IMG/VR virus record: IMGVR_UViG_3300047483_000174
Location: 49,051 to 113,050 of that record
Direction: 5' to 3' (one strand)
DNA: 64,000 nt
From: a virus
Shown here: in pieces, positions 27,350-37,987 of the stretch
Layout: each line of letters opens with the position of its first letter
Position numbering within the stretch: position 1 is the stretch's first letter
Notes under the pieces: model-generated
The model's database searches: none
What the model saw: the letters and a program-made list of their open reading frames with translations, nothing else
What the model was told of the DNA's origin: nothing
Translations under genes and position numbers: made by a program

Positions 27350-28327
27350 ATGCCAAGACTTAGTTTATGGAATCCACGAAAAGGTAATGATTACAAATAC
27401 ATTGACAAAATAGTCAAAGCATCATTTGACCATGGTGGAACCGCTATGCTTGTTCATAAGTATATTGGAAGTGGTGACGGAAACGAAACCAATATCCAAG
27501 ACATGTTATTTATGGAAAACCGCGACCGCAACTATGATGACACCGTATATGAACTAAGAGCGGTATATACCCTTTCCGACCAAGACTTTGACCTATCGCA
27601 GTTTGGGCTTTTTCTTGGAACTGACCAACAGATTTTCACCGTTCATCTCAATACTATGGTGGAGATGATTGGAAGAAAAATAATGACGGGAGATGTCATT
27701 GAACTCCCGCATATGAGAGATGACTTACTGCTTGATGAAAATGCATCTGCCGTAAACCAATATTGGGTAGTCCAAGAAGCAACAAAAGCAGCAGATGGCT
27801 ATGACCCAGGTTGGTGGCCACATGTTTGGAGAATACGTTGCAAGCAACTACAAGACACCCAAGAATACTCTGACATTTTTGGAACTGGCGAAAACGCAGA
27901 TGACTTGAAAAATCTTCTATCAACATACAACAAAGAACTTGAAATCACAGATGCAATTGTAGCAGAAGCAGAAGTAAACGTGCCAGGGCCATATTATGAC
28001 TGGGACACTCGCAATCTAATGTATGCTGGCGAAGGTGAAAATCCAGACGATTTAGATTGGTCAACCGTATCCAGTGGAACAGGATTTCCAGCAAGTCCAG
28101 AAAGTGGAGAGTATTTCTTGAGAGTAGATTATAAACCGCACCGCCTATTTCAATATCGTGACGGCAAGTGGTATAAGATTGAAGATGATAACAGTGGAGC
28201 ATGGAGAGTAGGAAATCGCCTACATCAGATGCATATAAACAATGAAGACGTATTTACTGCCGACGATGGAACTGTTCAACCATCAAAAGTAAATCTGTCA
28301 AAAGCAGTAAAACCAAGGATTGACTAA
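27350..28327 (+). CDS. gp14: Neck / head-closure protein (gp14-like)
   Basis: MPRLSLW, DQDFDLSQFGLFL, GDVIELPH; late promoter ATAAATA 27319-27325; followed by a gp15-like gene. Confidence 0.7.
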   Translation: MPRLSLWNPRKGNDYKYIDKIVKASFDHGGTAMLVHKYIGSGDGNETNIQDMLFMENRDRNYDDTVYELRAVYTLSDQDFDLSQFGLFLGTDQQIFTVHLNTMVEMIGRKIMTGDVIELPHMRDDLLLDENASAVNQYWVVQEATKAADGYDPGWWPHVWRIRCKQLQDTQEYSDIFGTGENADDLKNLLSTYNKELEITDAIVAEAEVNVPGPYYDWDTRNLMYAGEGENPDDLDWSTVSSGTGFPASPESGEYFLRVDYKPHRLFQYRDGKWYKIEDDNSGAWRVGNRLHQMHINNEDVFTADDGTVQPSKVNLSKAVKPRID

Positions 28328-29703
28328 TGGCAACACAAATACACTTTTACGATTCGCAAGTTCGTCGCTACCTTCTTCAGTTTATTCGTATGTTTTCTGG
28401 TTTCACTGTGAAAACGGGAAAGACAATGAATGATGGAGTGACAGATTATTACATTCGTGTTCCAGTTCGCTATGGCGATGTTTCTCGCATGGCGGCGTCT
28501 ATTGTCAAGAACAATAGCGAAAACATCGTGAACTCAGCACCATTTATAGCATGTTATGTTCAATCTCTTGACCTTGACCGCAATCGTATGCAAGACCCTA
28601 CATATAGAGATACTATTGCAGTGAATGAGAGAAAATATGACGCTGAAAATCACCAATATCTTTCGGTGAAGGGTAATTCATACAACGTAAAAAGAATGAT
28701 GCCAGTTCCGTATTCAATGGTGATGCAAGTTGACATATGGACTTCCAATACCGACCAAAAGCTACAACTGTTTGAACAAATCGGTGTTCTATTCAATCCA
28801 TCCCTTGATATACAAACCATAAATAACCCACTTGATTGGTCCAGTATTACAACTGTTGAGATGACAAATGTAACTTGGACAAGTCGTGCCATTCCCGCTG
28901 GCTTGGAAGACCAAATTGATATTATGACGTTGACGTTTCAAGTTCCGATATGGATCAACCCACCAGCAATCGTATCAAGGCAGAACCTTGTTCGTAACGT
29001 TATAAACAATATGTATATTGAAAATAGTATTTCTGGACTGGACTACGATGGCGATGCGTTTGAGTTCTTTAGTGACTTGAGCAAAGATAGTTGTGTGGTA
29101 GTAACGCCAAACAATTATACGATTGACGTATTTGAAGATAATGGACTAGTTTTTATCAGACCATTGGCAAACGGAAACTATGATGCAAATATAACGTGGG
29201 CCGAAGTTCTATCAAATTACGGGATATTACACGACAACACCAGTCGCCTAAGATTGAAATGGCATGATGATATTGAGAACTTGGATGAGGATGTTATTGG
29301 AACATTGTCATCTACAGATTCACCAAACCTTCTTGTTTTCAATGTGGACAGAGATACGTTGCCAGTAAATACTATTGCGGCTGTAAATAAGATTATAGAC
29401 CAGACAACCGCTCGTCCTGGGTTCTACGGATTACCGAACCCTGCGTTGGGACAAAGATACTTGTGCGCTGGTGATAGCGTTGGACCCGATTCAGTATGGG
29501 GAATAACGGTTGAAACCAACGACATAATAGAATACAATGGAAGTGAATGGGTGGTAAGTTTTGATGCCTCTACATTTACTGGAACTGTATTTGTAACTAA
29601 CACCTTTACCTTACAACAGTTGAAATTTGTTGATGGTGAATGGCAAGACACCTTCTTGGGTATTTACGAGAGTGGATACTGGAGACTTGAACTATTGGAA
29701 TAA
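28327..29703 (+). CDS. gp15: Tail terminator / sheath stabiliser (gp15-like) with C-terminal extension
   Basis: HFYD.Q.RRYL.QF.RMF, VPVRYGD, MPVPY...QVDIWT, QKLQLFEQI.VLFNPS. Confidence 0.85.
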   Translation: MATQIHFYDSQVRRYLLQFIRMFSGFTVKTGKTMNDGVTDYYIRVPVRYGDVSRMAASIVKNNSENIVNSAPFIACYVQSLDLDRNRMQDPTYRDTIAVNERKYDAENHQYLSVKGNSYNVKRMMPVPYSMVMQVDIWTSNTDQKLQLFEQIGVLFNPSLDIQTINNPLDWSSITTVEMTNVTWTSRAIPAGLEDQIDIMTLTFQVPIWINPPAIVSRQNLVRNVINNMYIENSISGLDYDGDAFEFFSDLSKDSCVVVTPNNYTIDVFEDNGLVFIRPLANGNYDANITWAEVLSNYGILHDNTSRLRLKWHDDIENLDEDVIGTLSSTDSPNLLVFNVDRDTLPVNTIAAVNKIIDQTTARPGFYGLPNPALGQRYLCAGDSVGPDSVWGITVETNDIIEYNGSEWVVSFDASTFTGTVFVTNTFTLQQLKFVDGEWQDTFLGIYESGYWRLELLE

Positions 29704-29706
29704 TGA

Positions 29707-30132
29707 ATGCTAAAAGCTGCGGGCGCTTGTATCGTCGCCAAAGATACTAAAAGAATACTACTCCAACAACGCTCATTGGACAGTAGTTATCCACGAACTT
29801 GGGGGTTCTGGGGCGGAAAAGTAGAACCAAAAGAAAACGTATCTCAGGGTATGTTGAGAGAAGTTGGTGAAGAAGTCGGCGTTGATATATTAGATTATAT
29901 TCACAAGATATACCCATACGACCAATATCATTCTCGTGATTCAGAATTTAGCTATTACACGTTTATCGTAGTTGTTCAAAATGAATTTATCCCCAATATA
30001 AATGAAGAAACTGGAGGGTATGCTTGGGTAAATGTAAATTATCTACCAAAGCCTCTGCATCCGGGTGCTAAAAGAACACTTTTCAAAAAAAATAAACTAT
30101 CAGACCTAAAAGATATAATATCCAATCTTTAG
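29707..30132 (+). CDS. Nudix hydrolase
   Basis: Nudix box GGKVEPKENVSQGMLREVGEEVG. Confidence 0.9.
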   Translation: MLKAAGACIVAKDTKRILLQQRSLDSSYPRTWGFWGGKVEPKENVSQGMLREVGEEVGVDILDYIHKIYPYDQYHSRDSEFSYYTFIVVVQNEFIPNINEETGGYAWVNVNYLPKPLHPGAKRTLFKKNKLSDLKDIISNL

Positions 30133-30158
30133 AGACAAACTCAGAAGGTAAATACAGT

Positions 30159-30863
30159 ATGGCTAAAGATATTATAGATTTCAAAACAGAAAAGTTCATG
30201 TATGAGTGTAGAGAGTTCCTAAAGACTGGGAACGTCTCCGATGACCTACGTTCTGCGATCTATAATTCTACACCAGCCGAAATGGAATCTTTTAGAATAA
30301 AGTTGTCGGAAGAAAATAGAAGAATTTTTGATATCGCAATAAATGAAATAGCAAAAATTACTGAAACCGACATAATAAAATTCAAGCAAAAAGTAAATTT
30401 ACTATGTCAAAATTTACTAGACACATTGGAAACTAATAATGATACATATTCAATACCAGAAATAATAAATCGGTATAGAGATACGATAAATCCAATCAAG
30501 GCTTTGTATTATGATTTACAAGAAATAATATTTCTATATGATGGCAAACCAAAAAACCGTCATCATTTGTTTCTAATTGAATTGTTTCGTGATGACCAAT
30601 ATATTGACAAATATATTTTGGCAATTGATAAGGATATAAAACGCCTTGATGATTGCCTGAATAGCATAAACTATTTGAAGTCAGAATATAAAATAACTCT
30701 CAATAGTAGCTATGCCACAAAAGTAAAAGAGTTGAGAGTGGAAATGGGACAATGGAGAAAACTTATTCTTCGTTTCCCAGAGTGGATAAAAGAAAATGCG
30801 CCTTCCCCAAAAAAGGAAAGCACATTTGATTTTCTAACTAAATGGTTTAGACGAGATAGATAA
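30159..30863 (+). CDS. Hypothetical protein
   Basis: 234-aa helical ORF downstream of GTAAATAC; no family recognised. Confidence 0.7.
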   Translation: MAKDIIDFKTEKFMYECREFLKTGNVSDDLRSAIYNSTPAEMESFRIKLSEENRRIFDIAINEIAKITETDIIKFKQKVNLLCQNLLDTLETNNDTYSIPEIINRYRDTINPIKALYYDLQEIIFLYDGKPKNRHHLFLIELFRDDQYIDKYILAIDKDIKRLDDCLNSINYLKSEYKITLNSSYATKVKELRVEMGQWRKLILRFPEWIKENAPSPKKESTFDFLTKWFRRDR

Positions 30864-30871
30864 CGAGTGCA

Positions 30872-33800
30872 TTACTGCACTCGTCTAAAATGATAATCTC
30901 CATCTACGTCAGTATAGCAGAACCGTGATACGAGTTCAAACCCATTTTCCCGCATGAAGTCTATAACTTCTTCAACCTTTGGTGCACCCTCGTTGTAATT
31001 CACATGCTGTGCCTCAAGGATTACATCCTTGGCATTTGCCAGACATTCTTTACCACCACGTAGGATATCTAGTTCTGCGCCCTGAACATCAATCTTAATC
31101 AAGTCAGGCTTTGGCAGTTTAGCAGTGACCGTATCAAGCGTCAAGGTAATACGTTGCGTTGCATGGCTTTCGTCATAAAATGGTGTGTTTTCTTTGTAAT
31201 ACGAATTGCCACCTGGGTTTTGTGGGTCTTCATAAAATTTAATCAACTTTCCATCTTCATCGGACAAGACGCCAAGATAATATGGATGACCAGATGCCGC
31301 CAAGAACTCACGGGTCGTTTCAGTTGCATCAGCTAAGAAATATTCAGCATTTGGCCAAACTTCCTTTGCTTTTTTAGTCCAATGAAGCAAACTTGCTCCA
31401 ATATCATAAATCACTTTTGGTTGGATGCCCATATTTTTTAGATATTCTGCGTGTGGGGCAGGAAGCAAGTCGATTTCTGCAATTGTCTGAACGTGGGTTT
31501 TTTGAGGTGCTGCTGGTTTTGGAAATTCTCCAACTTTGAACTTTGTATTGCCAATATGATCACAAATGATGGAAGTATCGGCATATAGTTCATACCCAAG
31601 ACTTCTGGCCTTTGCACAGAAGTAAATATCTTCTGACACTGTGTGCTTATGGTCTATTGCTGATTTATAGACAAAGTGTGGATATTCCATGTTTCGGAAA
31701 ACTTCGCCTTTGATAAGAGCACACCCAAATCCACATCCAGCAATCTGAACCAATCCCCTGCCTTGGATTTCTTCGTATGGGATATTTACTGTGCCACCCA
31801 TCCCGCTGTCTTTATATACTTCTAACGTATGAGTATTTGGTATACGCTGAATGTATAACCCAGATACCAATGGGTTATCGGCGTTTAGCATTTTACGAAG
31901 TGAATCTCTTGGTAGGACAATATCCGAATCAACAGAGAATAGATAATCGTAATTTTTAGCCCAATCAGCAATAAGGTTGCGGATTTGGTCTACTTGGTAT
32001 CCGTAGAAGAATTGAAGTTCTGTCGTGTATCCATCTGGAACATCTAAATCATATATGGATTTCATTGTTTCAGTCTCAACGTATTTGTTGGTTGGAACTG
32101 CGATAAGGATAGATTTTGTTTTCATCGTTTGCTTTTCTGTTGACAATGAGGCGTTAGCATTTTGTTCTGCACCTCGTATTTTGTAATCATTCAATGGGTT
32201 TACATCATTATAGTTCACCATGATTTCTTTGACCGCATAAGGATATGACGCCCGTTCAATTAGTTCATAGAATAGTGGATTGTCTGCGCCAGCCTTCATC
32301 CAATCTCCATTTACTCTGAACACATCGCTGTCCAATGTTTCAAGTAACGAACCTCTAAATGTCCGAAGATGCGTGTATGGTATCCCCCAATTGAACTTAT
32401 GATTGCGATACTCTTTTTTGAGTATTACATCTTTGGGATAGTCTTGTGCTATCAATGGTATATTGTCAGCCAAACTCCACATAGAGCCGTATGTAAAATC
32501 GTAACCATCAAAATATAAGTCGTTATAATAATGGAATATTGTGTTGTTGTTTACCAGCCAATCATCGCCATCCAGCATCATAACAATATCGTCATTCTCA
32601 ACATACAAACTAAACGCTTTGAGTTGATTTGCAATCGCTCCAACGTTCTTTTTATTTTTTAGAACTTTGAACTTGTCTTGTATGTCCAGCGGAAGTTTAC
32701 TTACCGTTTTAGTTGCAATATCATACGAATTATCGTCGGATGCATCGTCAATCAGAACATGAATATAGTTATCGTATGATTGTTGCGCTACACTCAGAAT
32801 ATGATTTTCGATATAATTCTCTGCGTTCCAGAACGGAGAAACGACAACAATACGGCGTTGTTTTCCACTGCTACGATACTCAGTAATTTGTTCGGCGTTT
32901 GTAAATCTACGGCCAAATACACGAGCCACTTTATCATTTATGCGAGACACCGCCTCATATTCGTAAACTGGAAGTGGAACGTTCAGCTTTTTATAAAGGT
33001 GCTGCTTCCATTGAAGTGCTACCGTATCCCATCCTGCGATATCTACAACAACATCACAATAGTTCTGTTTTTGTTGGTGCAAGTATGTATTGTTGTATGC
33101 CCGTATTACTGTCTGAACAAACTTTTGTGCCTGAGATTGAGCATCAATATGGGGATACAATCCATTCGGAACGGCTGGATAATCTATCTTATAACATGCC
33201 ATGTCAATGGCAGTTTCTTCTAACGCACCAAAATTTCCAGTGATAATTGGAGTTTTATATAAAAGTGATTCAAGAGATGAAATGCCAAATGTTTCTGGGA
33301 AGTCTGGCGGATAAAGCATGAAACTTGCATCTGCAAGTATTTCAGCGATTTCTTGTTGGCTGATGACGCCAGTAAATTTGACATCCATGTCCAGAATGTA
33401 TTGACTCTTCATCAACTCTCTTACTGTTTTTTCTTGTTCGTCTGGTTCCGCGCCTTCACGAAAACGATAGAACCCACCAATACAAGTCAGTTTTGCGGTT
33501 GGAATATTTCTCTTTACTTCTGGCCAAATATTACGAAGAAGCGGAAGCAGTCCTTTTGTGGCAGATGCGTTATATACAAAATGGTTTCTATCTTTCTTTG
33601 AAAGGTCAACTTCATCTATATGTTTCACTGCGCCATTTCGTGTTTGCCAAACATATTTCTTCAACACCTCAAACATTCGTTTTGGGCCGTGAGCGCATGT
33701 GGTCACATATGAAGTATGCCAATCTGATAGAGTAAATAACTCATTTATCACACCAGAGGTAAGCATGTTTTCAATATGCTCATCACCTTGGCAGAACGTA

Positions 33801-34135
33801 TCGTGCATCCACAAAACTTTGTGTTTAGCATCATTTGCCATTTTTGCATACTGGTGTCCCATGAAAAATGGGAACACTGAACGAGAAGATATGAATACGT
33901 CATATGAAGGATGCGAACCTTTATATTCGGTATGGTCTATATGCCTTACTCCATCATAAGTTCCAGATGAAGATTTACTATCATTACAGTTATTATACAC
34001 ATCAACTTGAAATCCAAGTTTTACAAGTTCTTTAGAAATAAGAATGACGGCAGACTCGCTGCCGCCCAACCCTTGTTTAGAAAGGGTTGTGCCATCATAG
34101 CACAACCCCAATAAATCAACTATGGCAATTTTCAT
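30872..34135 (-). CDS. Multidomain glycosyltransferase (GT-B/GT4 + GT2 + second GT-A) fused to an FkbM-type methyltransferase
   Basis: N-terminal GGSE...ETFGISSLES (GT4); SPFWNAENYI...DDASDD...LDGDD (GT2); IAVPT...FSVDSDIV...SEDIYFC (GT-A); VIYDIGAS...IKIDVQGAE (FkbM). Confidence 0.85.
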   Translation of the reverse strand: MKIAIVDLLGLCYDGTTLSKQGLGGSESAVILISKELVKLGFQVDVYNNCNDSKSSSGTYDGVRHIDHTEYKGSHPSYDVFISSRSVFPFFMGHQYAKMANDAKHKVLWMHDTFCQGDEHIENMLTSGVINELFTLSDWHTSYVTTCAHGPKRMFEVLKKYVWQTRNGAVKHIDEVDLSKKDRNHFVYNASATKGLLPLLRNIWPEVKRNIPTAKLTCIGGFYRFREGAEPDEQEKTVRELMKSQYILDMDVKFTGVISQQEIAEILADASFMLYPPDFPETFGISSLESLLYKTPIITGNFGALEETAIDMACYKIDYPAVPNGLYPHIDAQSQAQKFVQTVIRAYNNTYLHQQKQNYCDVVVDIAGWDTVALQWKQHLYKKLNVPLPVYEYEAVSRINDKVARVFGRRFTNAEQITEYRSSGKQRRIVVVSPFWNAENYIENHILSVAQQSYDNYIHVLIDDASDDNSYDIATKTVSKLPLDIQDKFKVLKNKKNVGAIANQLKAFSLYVENDDIVMMLDGDDWLVNNNTIFHYYNDLYFDGYDFTYGSMWSLADNIPLIAQDYPKDVILKKEYRNHKFNWGIPYTHLRTFRGSLLETLDSDVFRVNGDWMKAGADNPLFYELIERASYPYAVKEIMVNYNDVNPLNDYKIRGAEQNANASLSTEKQTMKTKSILIAVPTNKYVETETMKSIYDLDVPDGYTTELQFFYGYQVDQIRNLIADWAKNYDYLFSVDSDIVLPRDSLRKMLNADNPLVSGLYIQRIPNTHTLEVYKDSGMGGTVNIPYEEIQGRGLVQIAGCGFGCALIKGEVFRNMEYPHFVYKSAIDHKHTVSEDIYFCAKARSLGYELYADTSIICDHIGNTKFKVGEFPKPAAPQKTHVQTIAEIDLLPAPHAEYLKNMGIQPKVIYDIGASLLHWTKKAKEVWPNAEYFLADATETTREFLAASGHPYYLGVLSDEDGKLIKFYEDPQNPGGNSYYKENTPFYDESHATQRITLTLDTVTAKLPKPDLIKIDVQGAELDILRGGKECLANAKDVILEAQHVNYNEGAPKVEEVIDFMRENGFELVSRFCYTDVDGDYHFRRVQ

Positions 34136-34187
34136 AGATTACACCTCATTTTTCATATATTATATATGAAAAAATATTGGGTGTCAA

Positions 34188-34808
34188 TCACTTTCCTACT
34201 TTTACTTCAACGTATCCTGCTTCGTCGCCAATTTTGTCTTCAATAGCTATGCCGATATATGCAGTCATTCGTGGGTCTGCGTCTTGGTCGTTCCAAGTTA
34301 CAGCATGTCCGACAACATCAGATGCAACAAGAATGTCACCCTTTTTTACTTTCCCAATTACTTTACACGGAACTCGCCCCTGAAGTGCTATATATGGGTG
34401 TGTCGAATCATTACCAGCAGTATCATTCATGCATAGAGCAGGATTTTCAGAAATGACGCCAGCAATTCCAGTTTGTGCAAGTTTCGATGATGCGGTGACT
34501 TCTTTACTTCCACCAAATACCATTACGGTTCCATACGTGTATTCTGAATCGGCTGCATATCTTTCTGCCAAGTCAGCGTATCTTGCACGGTATGCAGTTC
34601 CATAAATGTCACCAAACTGGTTAGTCAGAGAACCAATATCCGAAGTCGCATTTGAGGTCGGGAGAATATCCCCCGATACCGTAACGTTTGCAAAGTTACC
34701 ATTTGTTTGAATGTTCCACGATGAACCATTCCAAACCCAAGTGGTGCCAGTTGTAGCATACACATACGTTTGCCCTACTGTTGGACTCGCTGGAAAATTC
34801 AATGCCAT
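34188..34808 (-). CDS. Small fibre-associated protein with intramolecular-chaperone-like C-terminus
   Basis: N-terminal LNFPASPTVGQTY...WVWNGSSW module; ADLAERY...GTVMVFGG...IALQGRVPCKV C-terminus. Confidence 0.65.
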   Translation of the reverse strand: MALNFPASPTVGQTYVYATTGTTWVWNGSSWNIQTNGNFANVTVSGDILPTSNATSDIGSLTNQFGDIYGTAYRARYADLAERYAADSEYTYGTVMVFGGSKEVTASSKLAQTGIAGVISENPALCMNDTAGNDSTHPYIALQGRVPCKVIGKVKKGDILVASDVVGHAVTWNDQDADPRMTAYIGIAIEDKIGDEAGYVEVKVGK

Positions 34809-34856
34809 TATTATCTCCTAATTATATACACTATTTATGCAATAAAACTTTTAGTG

Positions 34857-35495
34857 TTACCACCATTTGTCATCATTGAAATCCTCTGGGATTGTTTCCA
34901 TATCTTTCAATGTTCTTGCGGCAAAAATATGCACTCTTTCCCATTCAGCCGCAGTTTTTGCAAAATCAATGACTGTCTGCGCATCCATAAATACGACACT
35001 GTTGTCTTGTGCGATCCATCCGAATGGCTGTGTTGAAGCCCACATATAGTCATTTGGTTGTGCTCCGTTTAGCATTGCCATAAATGCCAATTGCGCAGCA
35101 GCAGAAATACGCTTTTGGTCTTCTGGACGGCTGTCATACTTTATTTCATTGAACACAAAACCAGACTGGATTCTGCGGTCGCGTTCAGCATTTATCAAGT
35201 TTCTTCGTATGTTGCTTTCTGATTGAAGTTCTGCTATAGTTTTGTCTCTTACTATCCATTCTGTTCCTACCCACTCCACTACCTGAGTTGATAGCGAAGT
35301 TGGTTGGTCAGGAGCTAAAATATATCCAGCCGCCGATATTTCTTCGTCCGTAAAAGTAGAAGGGTCAGTTCTTGACATTCCGTTTGATAGTCGTATTCTA
35401 AACGGCAACTCAGATGGATACGAACCATTTTTTGTATAAAGTTTCATTTTGTCTCCTGTTAGCTTATCTTGTAGGCTTGCCAGCCATCCCACCAT
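34857..35495 (-). CDS. Tail fibre assembly-type protein (DUF4376-like)
   Basis: INAERDRRIQSGFVFNEIKYDSRPEDQKRI...WIAQDNSVVFMDAQ motif pattern. Confidence 0.6.
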   Translation of the reverse strand: MVGWLASLQDKLTGDKMKLYTKNGSYPSELPFRIRLSNGMSRTDPSTFTDEEISAAGYILAPDQPTSLSTQVVEWVGTEWIVRDKTIAELQSESNIRRNLINAERDRRIQSGFVFNEIKYDSRPEDQKRISAAAQLAFMAMLNGAQPNDYMWASTQPFGWIAQDNSVVFMDAQTVIDFAKTAAEWERVHIFAARTLKDMETIPEDFNDDKWW

Positions 35496-36076
35496 ATGTT
35501 GATTCCAACGCCACCAGCGTGTGTTCCATCAAGACGAGATTGTAAAAAAGCAACCTGTGGTTGGTCCATTGTTATTGTGTGGGAAAACTCACTCCATGTA
35601 GTTCCTATGGTTATCGTTTTAGCGACTATAGGTAGGTTTATTCCGCCTGTTCCAGCACCAGCCCAAATACCAGATGAGTTTGCACCAAATATATAAATCT
35701 CGCCAGTAGTGGCCACGCTTGCTTTTGCAAGCACTCTTATTTCCCAAGTTTCTCCATTTATAGCGGGTGTTATATTAGATGCTAAAGTGTTATACTTGGC
35801 GTTGTGTGGGTCTGCACCAGTTATTGCCATCTTCAGTGGAATTCCACCATACGGCGAATCAGTAACAGTAGTATCGCTACTCAACGTGCAAGCGTTTGCA
35901 GTAGTTGAGGTCCAAGCAAAAATGTTGAGGGTGTTTGGAAACTTGTTTGCTGTGTTCAACCATTGTAATGGCCAGTTGTTTCCGAGTCTTGCATTATATT
36001 GTTCATTTCGTTTCCATAATCCACTACCGACCGTTGTAGTAGAAGTGTTTGGTTTTCCTATTATATTACCGCCCAT
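35459..36076 (-). CDS. Fibre tip protein with carbohydrate-binding-module-like domain
   Basis: GTTWSEFSHT and NIWWDGWQ beta-sandwich pattern; N-terminal SGLWKRNEQ module resembling SGIWNL in the upstream gene. Confidence 0.5.
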   Translation of the reverse strand: MGGNIIGKPNTSTTTVGSGLWKRNEQYNARLGNNWPLQWLNTANKFPNTLNIFAWTSTTANACTLSSDTTVTDSPYGGIPLKMAITGADPHNAKYNTLASNITPAINGETWEIRVLAKASVATTGEIYIFGANSSGIWAGAGTGGINLPIVAKTITIGTTWSEFSHTITMDQPQVAFLQSRLDGTHAGGVGINIWWDGWQAYKIS

Positions 36077-37602
36077 TACAAGTTGAACCTTCCTCTAAAC
36101 GCATTGAAATTTTGTGTTATTTCTGCATCGGTAATACCACGATTATAATACTGCACTATATACATATTTCCATTGAACCACTCGGCAGTAGCAGATATAC
36201 CAAAAGCAGCAGGGGTAGGCAGTGTTGCAGTGGCAGTAAGTGTCCCTACCAGTGTTCCGTTATTCCACAACGTAAATGTTGTTCCGTTATAACGGTAAAC
36301 AAAGTTATCATACTGTCCAGCGTAAACTTGGTTGGCAATGTTCAAGTTTCGCATTACGTTTCCGCTGTCAAATAAGTAGCCATGTAAACTGGCAGTAGAT
36401 GCAGAATCATGTCTCAACACTGGACCTTCATTTGGACTACTTCCAAGTGTAAAATATCGTTGCGTACGCTGAGTATTGACTATTCCATTATGTTTTAGCC
36501 ATACTGATATAGTAAACCCGCCTCCTGAGAAGTTCAACCCAGCAGAAGTCCCAGCGTATGATGATGAACTGGAAAATACAATTCCCCCGCCAGCATCAGT
36601 GGTATATGTAGTCGACGTCAAGGTAGCGTTGAAGGATGGGTTTGCTAGATTTGTCCATGTAGTTCCAGAACCTGGGTAACTGTTACTGTCTCCAGCATCT
36701 AACCATAGCTGTAATCCAGATGTCACAGGAGAAGGAACTGGCGATCTCGTTTCAAATGGTGCGTTCAAGTTCCATATTCCGCTATTTTTTCGATTCAAAT
36801 AGAGTGGAACACTCGCGGTAGCGGGACGCAACGCAAACACAACAGAGCAATAAGCGTATGAAGTTGAGTTGGTTCCACCAAACGTCCATGCCAGTGGAGT
36901 ATAAGTAGCCCCATCTTGGGGGGTCCAATTAGATATTGATCCCATACCAACCGTTCCATCATACGAGTCGTTTCCCACAGCAGTCAAAAAATTTGATAGT
37001 GAGGTTGCAGTATACGTAACAGCGTTAGCAATGTGACCAGAACCAGCGGCACATATAATAACTGCTCCAGAAGTAGTTGGAGTTACTGCGCCAAATGCTG
37101 GGATTGCAGTATTCAACACCGCAGCGGTGACAGGAGTAGAATCAATCGGTGTGACACTATCAACATTTCTCCAAACATGAACTGCAATCGCCATACCATC
37201 AGTTGAAACGCCACTACCCCCTGTTATAGTTGCAGTCGTGTCGGGAGTTGACCCCATACGTTTCCATCCGACTTGTAAGTTTGCATCGTATGTATCATTG
37301 GCATACAAGGATGCAATCTGAGTATACGTAGATATTCTATATGTCTTACTTGTAACAGCACCAATAGATACTGCAATAATAACTATGTCTCCTGCGGCGG
37401 GCGCAGTTGCTATTCCACCAGTTAGACCTGTTAGAGCAACAGATATGTTTGCAGTTCCGCCTAATGCGGTTGTGGTTGAACCTCCAACATATTGTATATT
37501 TTGAGTCACAGTTTGGTTTGAGTTTGTATAACTTGTCGTGTTTCCAAACGACATTGGATTTCCAATAACCCCACCGTTGTCAAATACATTGCTAATGGTC
37601 AT
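36076..37602 (-). CDS. Fibre/lectin protein with C-terminal LamG (concanavalin-A-like) domain
   Basis: GLQLWLDAG.SNSYPGSGTTWTNL, FTISVW, FNGNMYIVQYYNRGITDAEITQNF. Confidence 0.75.
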   Translation of the reverse strand: MTISNVFDNGGVIGNPMSFGNTTSYTNSNQTVTQNIQYVGGSTTTALGGTANISVALTGLTGGIATAPAAGDIVIIAVSIGAVTSKTYRISTYTQIASLYANDTYDANLQVGWKRMGSTPDTTATITGGSGVSTDGMAIAVHVWRNVDSVTPIDSTPVTAAVLNTAIPAFGAVTPTTSGAVIICAAGSGHIANAVTYTATSLSNFLTAVGNDSYDGTVGMGSISNWTPQDGATYTPLAWTFGGTNSTSYAYCSVVFALRPATASVPLYLNRKNSGIWNLNAPFETRSPVPSPVTSGLQLWLDAGDSNSYPGSGTTWTNLANPSFNATLTSTTYTTDAGGGIVFSSSSSYAGTSAGLNFSGGGFTISVWLKHNGIVNTQRTQRYFTLGSSPNEGPVLRHDSASTASLHGYLFDSGNVMRNLNIANQVYAGQYDNFVYRYNGTTFTLWNNGTLVGTLTATATLPTPAAFGISATAEWFNGNMYIVQYYNRGITDAEITQNFNAFRGRFNL

Positions 37603-37961
37603 TAGCTGATTTCCTCATAACTGCAAACTGCTTGAAGAGTGCTGAGTGCGGAGGCTGTTACTCGTATGGTGTCTCCTTCTTCAAGATATATAGTTGTATC
37701 TTTTGATACAATTACCAACGTAGCATCGGCTGGAACTGTAATCGTACTTGCTATTTTGTATTCCACTGCACCTCTAAACACGCTTGCTGTAATATCAGCA
37801 GAGTTTATGCCGCTGATATTAGAAACAATGAGTGAATTTACTTTCAATACCTTGCCCGATGCTGCACTGTTTGTTACAATGTCAGCAGCCGTAGTGCTTA
37901 CGTTAGCAACGGCAGTTTTTCCTGTGATCGTGGTTACGTTTATTATGTTTGGCGCTGCCAT
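37602..37961 (-). CDS. Small beta-rich virion accessory protein
   Basis: 119 aa, MAAPNIINV...YLEEGD...SYEEIS; late promoter ATAAATA 37991-37985. Confidence 0.65.
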   Translation of the reverse strand: MAAPNIINVTTITGKTAVANVSTTAADIVTNSAASGKVLKVNSLIVSNISGINSADITASVFRGAVEYKIASTITVPADATLVIVSKDTTIYLEEGDTIRVTASALSTLQAVCSYEEIS

Positions 37962-37987
37962 TTACATACTCCTTTTATTTGTTGTAT

